Below, one piece after another: positions 1 through 5,448 of a stretch of 10,454 bases of DNA. Every line of letters starts with the position of its first letter. Position 1 is the first letter of the stretch. Both the position numbers and the translations under genes were made by a program. Where the stretch lies: assembly GCA_038883795.1 (NCBI GenBank), contig JAVZLK010000046.1:1-10454 (forward strand), read 5' to 3'. This DNA is from Candidatus Bathyarchaeia archaeon. Its GTDB lineage: Archaea; Thermoproteota; Bathyarchaeia; Bathyarchaeales; Bathycorpusculaceae. The notes under the pieces are model-generated. The model saw nothing but the letters and a program-made list of their open reading frames with translations, ran no database searches and was not told where the DNA came from.

Positions 1-1
1 T

Positions 2-229
2 GCAAACGCCGGATTAAGAGGCGGAACAAAACTGGTTCTAATAGCTGGACAATATGTAACCATCGGCGGCGACATAATAATAGCCATAAACGGAACAAAA
101 ATAATAGGAATAGACACACTTTCAACTTACCTTGAAGAAAACACCCTCCCAGGACAAACAGTAAACGTGACAATAATGAGAGAAAACCAAATAATAGATG
201 TTGCTATAATACTAGGAGCCCGGCCGTAA
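2..229 (+). CDS. C-terminal PDZ domain of an HtrA/DegP-family (trypsin-like S1C) serine protease, 5'-truncated by the window
   Basis: Frame 2 reads ANAGLRGGTKLVLIAGQYVTIGGDIIIAINGTKIIGIDTLSTYLEENTLPGQTVNVTIMRENQIIDVAIILGARP*. It has the AGL..G, GGDII.AI.G, PGQTV.VTI.R and LG.RP hallmarks of HtrA PDZ tails. TAA is at 227-229. Confidence 0.88.
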   Translation, partial: ANAGLRGGTKLVLIAGQYVTIGGDIIIAINGTKIIGIDTLSTYLEENTLPGQTVNVTIMRENQIIDVAIILGARP

Positions 230-252
230 TCATATCGTCTTAAACTTAGAAA

Positions 253-270
253 TGGACCAGCCGAAGATTC
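253..270 (-). other. tRNA 3'-end-like fragment (possible att remnant)
   Basis: Minus strand reads GAATCTTCGGCTGGTCCA followed by TTTC. This resembles a T-loop end, T-stem, acceptor strand CTGGTCC and discriminator A, as in archaeal tRNA-Ala-like ends, with one extra base. No 5' half is present. Confidence 0.4.
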
Positions 271-353
271 TTGTTCCTAAACTCACCTTTCGCGCTCGTC
301 TGTTAATAACGTGTAACCGAACGGTAACTCCGCTACTGAGGCTAATTTGTGGA

Positions 354-746
354 TTAAATGATTTTTGAGAATATTTCAACGATTTTCTCTTTTTCTTTGT
401 AGATTTCGGCTTCTCTCGCCTTTATTAAAATGTTTAGGAGGTTGACTAGCGGCTTCACTATCCTGGATGTTATCAGGTAGTCTACAAGTTCGTGTTTGAG
501 GGTTTGTATGGCTTTTCCCTCGTCTGCTTCGTAAATGTATATGGAGCCATCTTTGACTTCGCCGGATAGGCTGGCTTTTTTGTCGGGTATCCAGACAACT
601 TTAAGGCTGGAGTTTAAGCCTAAAACTTCTTTTAAACGTTGGAGTTCAGCCTCCAGCCTCTCCTCAACTGCATGTTTATGGCTTGCGCTCGTTAAATTAT
701 GGTTGCGCTTTGTATACCTGCGCTGACATTGTTGTTTCTTGTTCAT
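354..746 (-). CDS. Small zincin-like protein with a variant HExxD motif
   Basis: SLSGEVKDGSIYIY strand segment followed by AIQTLKHELVDYLI, which has zincin architecture with Asp in place of the second His. The C-terminus is helical. It is the last gene of the minus-strand operon. Confidence 0.6.
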   Translation of the reverse strand: MNKKQQCQRRYTKRNHNLTSASHKHAVEERLEAELQRLKEVLGLNSSLKVVWIPDKKASLSGEVKDGSIYIYEADEGKAIQTLKHELVDYLITSRIVKPLVNLLNILIKAREAEIYKEKEKIVEIFSKII

Positions 747-770
747 TTTTCAACGCCTTTTGATTGAGAC

Positions 771-956
771 CTACGTTTTAACCAGAACCCAGCGTCCCTG
801 TTCCTTTGAAAGCAGCAGGTTGCCTATTCCGCTGTGCAGGCTTTGCCAAAAGTCAACCAAGACGCCAGTAACGGGCTCTACATAGGTGTCCACGATTACA
901 TGGTTGCCAATGAAACATTCAAGGATACTCCTACTTTTTCCCTGTTTCCGCTTCAT
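771..956 (-). CDS. Sm/LSm-like (Hfq-type fold) small protein; probably extends past the amber codon to TGA at 750-752
   Basis: LECFIGNHVIVDT...VTGVLVDF...GNLLL fits the Sm1 pattern (L...G..V.V....G.L..F....NL.L). GRWVLVKT*VSIKRR* fits an Sm2-like strand pair that is cut by TAG at 771-773. Confidence 0.5.
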   Translation of the reverse strand: MKRKQGKSRSILECFIGNHVIVDTYVEPVTGVLVDFWQSLHSGIGNLLLSKEQGRWVLVKT

Positions 957-960
957 AGCT

Positions 961-1455
961 TCATCTATTGGGGTTTATCCATGGAGGCCTCTTCATTAAG
1001 CGGGTGATGCCATTGTAGGGTCCTTTCAGACTTAGGCCTTTTTTGCGGCAGTATTCTTCATAGGCCTTTTGGGCTAAGTTGTCAGCCTCATTCTGCCAAC
1101 GCGGAATGAGGGCGAAGCTTAGTATGGAAAAGTGACTTGCCAGCTTTAAGGTCCACTTATATTCCCTGTAATACCATGTTTGTGGGCTGGCTTTTTGAAG
1201 GCCGAGCATTTCATAATAAATTAAAGGGTTGTCAGTTTTAATGGCGATAGGCTCTTTTTCGCGAAAGCTTGCCATTAGCCATCTTAAAGCTTGCCGCAAA
1301 CAAAAATATGAAACCTGATTCTGAGTGCACATTTTCTCGTAAACGCCAACCTCTTCCCTAATTTTTTGGGTATTGTCGTAAGCCACGAAGGCGTAAACAC
1401 CAAAATTGTTCGGATTTACGGGTCGAACAATGGCCTTAATATAAACCGTTATCAA
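961..1455 (-). CDS. RNase HI-fold protein (archaeal RNase HI-like), predicted catalytically inactive
   Basis: Motifs align with archaeal RNase HI: VYIKA..RPVNP (vs YFDG..EP.NP), TQNQVSY..L (vs TNNVAEY..L), IKTDNPLI (vs I.GDSQLV) and IPRWQN-EADNLA (vs VPREEN.EAD.L). The first Asp is Lys7 and the Glu is Ser49. The TTG start overlaps the parB TGA. Confidence 0.8.
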   Translation of the reverse strand: MITVYIKAIVRPVNPNNFGVYAFVAYDNTQKIREEVGVYEKMCTQNQVSYFCLRQALRWLMASFREKEPIAIKTDNPLIYYEMLGLQKASPQTWYYREYKWTLKLASHFSILSFALIPRWQNEADNLAQKAYEEYCRKKGLSLKGPYNGITRLMKRPPWINPNR

Positions 1456-2330
1456 GTAGCTCCCTTCTCCCTTCTAATTTTAATTATCTCCTCGATAAGC
1501 CACTGAGCGCAGGCGTGGCAGAGCGAAGCGCTTAAAATTTGACCTCCGCGGACAGTTAGTGGCCTTTGCAATCCACAGATGAAACAGGTAAAGCTTCTCT
1601 CTCCTAAATTTGGTGAAGGTTCTCTCGGCCTAACGTGTTCTGCAAGCTTACCCGTCAGTCGTGCCCTGGCGAGAAACTCTTGCCTGGATATTTCTCCCAA
1701 AGCATATTTGTTGGCAAGCTCAGCTTGATGCTTAGGATCCTTAACCTTAAGCAACATTAATGCAAGCTTAACTGGAAGCCTTTTACGGTAAACGCACTCT
1801 TGGACGTCTGGGTGCAATTTTAAAAGCTGAAGCATACGACTGACATGCGCTTTATCAAGGCCCAATGCATGGGCTATCTCGCGAGTTGACATGCCAAAAT
1901 TTCTCTGAAGCTTCGCGAAGTACTCAGCCTCTTCTATAGGGTTCAAGTTTTTGCGCTGAAAATTTTCTAATCCTCGTAGAATGGCAGCTTGTTTGTCGTT
2001 GATAATATTAAAAACAAGAGCTGGTACCTCTTTCAGTCCAGCCTTTTTAGCGGCCATAAAACGGCGGTATCCGAATACCAACTCATATTTATCGCCTTTA
2101 AGCTTAACGCCTACTGGCTGAATCACTCCATCACGTTTCAAAGTTTTGGTTAGGCCGTCTAACTCAAGCGTCTCCTCGCCTCTGAGAACAGCGTTGGGTG
2201 GCACTATAATATCTGACAATTTCACCGATAGAACTTTAGATGTTGAAAGTGTCTCACCGTGAGACACTTTTTCCGCATTTTGGGCTTCTTTTCGGAAAAG
2301 CGCTTTTTTTCTCGGTTTTCTTTCTTCCAA
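1452..2330 (-). CDS. parB: ParB/RepB/Spo0J-family protein (CTPase domain, HTH, C-terminal C4 zinc ribbon); start uncertain (TTG 2330 or GTG 2267)
   Basis: GVIQPVGV, YELVFGYRRFMAAKKAGLKEVPA (GxRR motif), ENFQRKNLNPIEEA, the HTH STREIAHALGLDKAHVSRMLQLL, and a C-terminal CFIC-x18-CHAC. Confidence 0.92.
   Translation of the reverse strand: MEERKPRKKALFRKEAQNAEKVSHGETLSTSKVLSVKLSDIIVPPNAVLRGEETLELDGLTKTLKRDGVIQPVGVKLKGDKYELVFGYRRFMAAKKAGLKEVPALVFNIINDKQAAILRGLENFQRKNLNPIEEAEYFAKLQRNFGMSTREIAHALGLDKAHVSRMLQLLKLHPDVQECVYRKRLPVKLALMLLKVKDPKHQAELANKYALGEISRQEFLARARLTGKLAEHVRPREPSPNLGERSFTCFICGLQRPLTVRGGQILSASLCHACAQWLIEEIIKIRREKGAT
2246..2270. promoter_or_regulatory. Perfect 25-bp palindrome; parS-like site or candidate ParB operator
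   Basis: AAAGTGTCTCAC-C-GTGAGACACTTT has 12-bp perfect arms and a 1-bp spacer. Its core TGTCTCAC.GTGAGACA resembles bacterial parS TGTTTCACGTGAAACA. The palindrome is certain; its function is inferred. Confidence 0.65.
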
Positions 2331-2639
2331 CCTTAAACCCTCAATTTCTAAGCGTTTTGTAAAGATAGACCAAAATTTTGTTTGATCCGTCGTTTTTGGC
2401 TGGATAGCGAAGCGGAGCTCCGTAGAACCACTTTAGAAACAGCCAATGCCCCAGGGAAGCCTCGCTTTGCCCGTTATGATTTGAAGGGATTATGCATTTA
2501 AAGCGTGGGATAGGCGTTGAGCCTCGGCGGCTTATTCTAAGAATAACTTGGCGCTTCCATCAAGACATAGTGAGCTGACGCCTATGCAAACATTGCCATA
2601 TTTGACGAGCTTTTTCCGTTTCTTTTCGTCGAAAACCAA
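2331..2639 (-). pseudogene. Hypothetical gene interrupted by three in-frame TAA codons, in frame with parB
   Basis: TTG at 2639 directly follows the upstream stop. The frame reads MVFDEKKRKKLVKYGNVCIGVSSLCLDGSAKLFLE*AAEAQRLSHALNA*SLQIITGKARLPWGIGCF*SGSTELRFAIQPKTTDQTKFWSIFTKRLEIEGLR, with stops at 2532-2534, 2490-2492 and 2433-2435. It fills the only large gap in an otherwise tightly packed operon. Confidence 0.5.
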
Positions 2640-2975
2640 TTATAATTTCTCCCAATTTAGAAATCGGCCGTTATTTCGCTCTGTATAGGTAATCCAGCCG
2701 TTTTTCCACTTTTCTATGTTCCAGGAGTGCAATCCGCTACTGCTTTTTTCAGACCAGATTGTTTTTGGCATCTTTTCCAATCTAGCCCTTTGGATTGCCA
2801 TCTTTAGAACTTCCTCACGTAACCATTGAATTATCGCTTCTCTTCCCTTCTGTTGGCCAAATCTTGTCCTTTTGGCTATTCCCTCAATGCTTTCTGGAGT
2901 TTCTTTGGAAAAGTCGATGCCTAAGTTTAGTTCAAGCCATTCCTTTATGCGTGGGTAGCCTGAAACCTTACCCAT
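2640..2975 (-). CDS. Hypothetical protein (111 aa, Trp/Lys-rich)
   Basis: ATG directly follows the upstream TAA within a tight operon. No family recognised. Confidence 0.7.
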   Translation of the reverse strand: MGKVSGYPRIKEWLELNLGIDFSKETPESIEGIAKRTRFGQQKGREAIIQWLREEVLKMAIQRARLEKMPKTIWSEKSSSGLHSWNIEKWKNGWITYTERNNGRFLNWEKL

Positions 2976-3323
2976 TTATATTGCCACGCGCCAAAATCCG
3001 GTGGAAGAATCAAAAATCAAGGCTATTTCATCGCCAATTTGAGGGTAGTGACCGTATTGTAGCCGATAGCGCTGTAAGGAGCTGTTCGGATGGCTACTTA
3101 TGGACATGCACTTTCTAATTTGATAGTTGTCTGGTGTTTGAACGATCAATTGTAAGGCTTTTTGGCTAGCCTTTGCCGGGTTGCGTAGTTTAGCTTCCGG
3201 TATGAACTGGCTTAATGTTCCCAGCTGTATGCTAATGACTTTGCCAAAGGCCTTCTTTTTCCGCAACTTGATCTGCTCTTCCAATTCTTCGTATAATTTT
3301 TCAAGCGTTTTTTCTTCGCTCAT
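2976..3323 (-). CDS. Hypothetical protein, possibly an OB-fold-like nucleic-acid-binding protein
   Basis: Strong GGAGGTGA RBS just upstream. It has an N-terminal charged helix, then beta-strand patterns (GKVISIQLG, ALQLIVQT, PQIGDEIALIFD, GFWRVAI). The ORF is solid; the fold call is tentative. Confidence 0.7.
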   Translation of the reverse strand: MSEEKTLEKLYEELEEQIKLRKKKAFGKVISIQLGTLSQFIPEAKLRNPAKASQKALQLIVQTPDNYQIRKCMSISSHPNSSLQRYRLQYGHYPQIGDEIALIFDSSTGFWRVAI

Positions 3324-3539
3324 CTTTTCACCTCCTTTAAGTTTAATAGGGCTTTTAAGTGGGTGTAAATGGCTTCAAGACTGGCTAGAACTTGTTCAGG
3401 GGGAAGACCTTCAGGGTAGACAAAGACCCCCCTTCAAATTTGGGACAACTTCCAGCTTTGGCCCAAGGGCTTCAAATATTTCTTTCGGAATGTAAGCCAG
3501 CCTTTGTTGGGGGTGCACTTTTATGCGAAACTTAACCAT
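3320..3539 (-). pseudogene. AbrB/SpoVT-like small DNA-binding protein with a 1-nt frameshift in a G6 tract (not in the ORF track)
   Basis: GGAGG RBS and ATG at 3539. It reads MVKFRIKVHPQQRLAYIPKEIFEALGPKLEVVPNLKG, then G6 (3427-3432) leads to TGA at 3411-3413. With G5 it continues VFVYPEGLPPEQVLASLEAIYTHLKALLNLKEVKR* (72 aa), ending in an ATGA overlap with the 3323 start. Confidence 0.72.
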
Positions 3540-3605
3540 TTCTTAGTTCCTCCTTAGAAATTTTTAAGAGCTTGTGCTGGTACCATCTTTTAAAGGTTGT
3601 CAGCT
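3540..3605. promoter_or_regulatory. Divergent promoter region of the element
   Basis: Lies between divergent genes. It has a near-symmetric TATA-like TTTTAAA at 3588-3594 and a TGGTACCA palindrome at 3578-3585. Confidence 0.4.
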
Positions 3606-4081
3606 TGCGAAGAAAGCGCGAGTTAGGCTACTTGTATCAGCTTATTTTTAAAGGGGATAATCGTTTAGATATTGAGGATGAATGTGCTAAGTTCAAAAGG
3701 CTTGGTTTTTTCGCAGAAATTGTAGAAAACCCCCAAGGCGGAAGTCATTTAAAAGTAATCGTTGGAGCATGGCTTTTACAGATTTACGGCACGGGAACCG
3801 CAAATGTTTTCGTTATGGATAAAGTGGACGCGTATAAAGTTTGGCGTTTTCTAATTGGTTTGGGTTATAATTTAAATTTGGAGAAAGTTATGCCAACTCG
3901 GACGCAACTTTGGTACGTGTATGATGGTTCAGATGATGGTAAAAGTTCAAAGGAATATCCAAAATGTTTTAAGATAGTAAGGGCTTTAGAGGTTATAGTA
4001 CTGAAATCTTTATATCAAGTTGCTCGAATTGCCGATATAAACATGACTTGTACCAGTAATTCTCTCTCGCGGAAGGCTTAA
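3572..4081 (+). CDS. Hypothetical protein with a possible TBP-like half-domain; true start may be TTG 3606
   Basis: 169-codon ORF. The segment LKVIVGAWLLQIYGTGTANVFVMDKVDAYKVWRFL resembles the TBP-superfamily pattern (LIF.SGK.V...helix). Confidence 0.5.
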   Translation: MCWYHLLKVVSLRRKRELGYLYQLIFKGDNRLDIEDECAKFKRLGFFAEIVENPQGGSHLKVIVGAWLLQIYGTGTANVFVMDKVDAYKVWRFLIGLGYNLNLEKVMPTRTQLWYVYDGSDDGKSSKEYPKCFKIVRALEVIVLKSLYQVARIADINMTCTSNSLSRKA

Positions 4082-4113
4082 ATTTTGTGGTGTTTTTGGT
4101 TTTTTGGGCAAAA

Positions 4114-4452
4114 ATGGCTCTGCAACGGAAAAGGGGTAGGCCTCGTGGCCCATCCTATCTAACGATGCTTCGTTTTAGGGTTCTTAAGCGCGTGCTTTTG
4201 GAGTCGCCGAAATGGCCCTTTATTCGCCCCTGCTTAGAGGCACTAGACCTGCCTGAGAGGACCTATCACAGACACGCGCGAAATTTGCTTTGGGGCGATC
4301 CGGAATTTGTCGGCCGTCTAGCATCGAGGTATTTGTCTCGTCTTTCTGTGCCACTTTCTTTCGAGCCTGTTAAAAACGAAGGTGGAAGCCTTGACCGAGT
4401 CAAGCGTCTAGCCAAACTTTTGAGGGAGTTGCAGGAGCGAGCTTACAGTTAA
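4114..4452 (+). CDS. AT-hook plus HTH DNA-binding protein (terminase-small-subunit-like layout)
   Basis: ATG 4114 is in frame with the listed ORF (4087..4452). It has an RKRGRPRG AT-hook-like motif and the HTH-like CLEALDLPERTYHRH...DPEF. Confidence 0.55.
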   Translation: MALQRKRGRPRGPSYLTMLRFRVLKRVLLESPKWPFIRPCLEALDLPERTYHRHARNLLWGDPEFVGRLASRYLSRLSVPLSFEPVKNEGGSLDRVKRLAKLLRELQERAYS

Positions 4453-4521
4453 TTGTAGGACCTGTAACGCTTTGAGTCTAAAACCACCTGCCCTTCAATC
4501 ATGGACATTGAAAACTGTTTC

Positions 4522-4548
4522 GGCAAAAATGCCAAAAATGCCATAAAT
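4522..4548 (+). repeat. Three imperfect 9-bp tandem repeats
   Basis: GGCAAAAAT GCCAAAAAT GCCATAAAT. GGCAAAAATG also occurs at 4107-4116, and related inverted units (TTTTTGG) occur at 4083-4107. Confidence 0.55.
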
Positions 4549-4604
4549 CCCTTTTCCGACAGAGCTCCTCCTCCCATATATTTTTGCACACACACAACTA
4601 GCCT

Positions 4605-5432
4605 TTATAACAGGCTAGTTAACGATCTAACTACTTGGTAGGCTATTAGCCAACAGCCCAGTCGCTTATTAGTTGTGTGTGTGCCTATTCTAAATTTAGA
4701 ACTTTTTCTTTGTTTATCTATCAGACGGAGGATTGCTCCGAGGGCAGTGTTTAGACCGAAAAAGATTCCGATGGGTATGATTGGGATGAGAAATTCGTAT
4801 GCATATGAAATTCGCATGCCAAGTATGGTTAGACCATAAGGCGTCTCGTCAAAAATCATTATAATTGCGATCACCCCCAAAATTAGACTGCACACAACTA
4901 TCGCAAGCCCTTTAACTACTTCTATTTTCCAGATAACCTTTAAAGAGGTTAGCATTCCAACAAACAGCAAAACTATCCCGATAGTGATACCGGCCATATC
5001 TACATAAACAAACCATTCTGGAATACCCTCTTTTGTATAGCAATAATAAATCATTTCCTTCCACGCCCACTGCCTATAAGCTTCTAAATCATCAACGTAA
5101 TCAGACCTTTCTGGATACTGCCAAAGACCCCAAGTAATTGCAAATCCAACGCCTCTTAATGCTATATAGAATCCAAGAATAACTAGGAGACAGCTGAGAA
5201 TTAGGCTGACTATCCTCCATTTTTCGGCCTTCAAACACATTCGCTTACATAACAGGTACAAGAGAGTTACGAATATCCCCAGCGAAAATAAAACGGTTAA
5301 AACGGGATTTGCATGTGACAATGCTAAGATATATGGAGACAAAAACACTATTGCAAAAGCCAATACGTGAAATAAAACAACTCTAACGTTCATATAAGAA
5401 CTGCCCTTATCACAATTTTTCCCTTGCACCAA
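4605..5432 (-). CDS. Multi-pass membrane protein of unknown function (about 6 TM); likely start ATG 5393
   Basis: Several long hydrophobic segments with one polar aromatic loop (WQYPERSDYVDDLEAYRQWAWKEM) and a basic tail. Confidence 0.8.
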   Translation of the reverse strand: MVQGKNCDKGSSYMNVRVVLFHVLAFAIVFLSPYILALSHANPVLTVLFSLGIFVTLLYLLCKRMCLKAEKWRIVSLILSCLLVILGFYIALRGVGFAITWGLWQYPERSDYVDDLEAYRQWAWKEMIYYCYTKEGIPEWFVYVDMAGITIGIVLLFVGMLTSLKVIWKIEVVKGLAIVVCSLILGVIAIIMIFDETPYGLTILGMRISYAYEFLIPIIPIGIFFGLNTALGAILRLIDKQRKSSKFRIGTHTTNKRLGCWLIAYQVVRSLTSLL

Positions 5433-5448
5433 CTAAGCTTCTTTGACC

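Noticed and set aside
313-328. Near-palindrome GTAACCG-AA-CGGTAAC near the left boundary
   Set aside because: Imperfect, single copy and unlike the parS-like site. It could be a recombinase or terminator element, but this cannot be supported from the sequence.
535-726. 63-aa plus-strand ORF
   Set aside because: Antisense shadow of the better-supported 354..746 gene, with no recognisable motif.
2795-3118. 107-aa plus-strand ORF
   Set aside because: Antisense to two tightly coupled minus-strand genes, with no recognisable motif.
3181-3495. 104-aa plus-strand ORF
   Set aside because: Antisense shadow of 2976..3323 and the frameshifted AbrB-like gene, both of which have strong RBSs.
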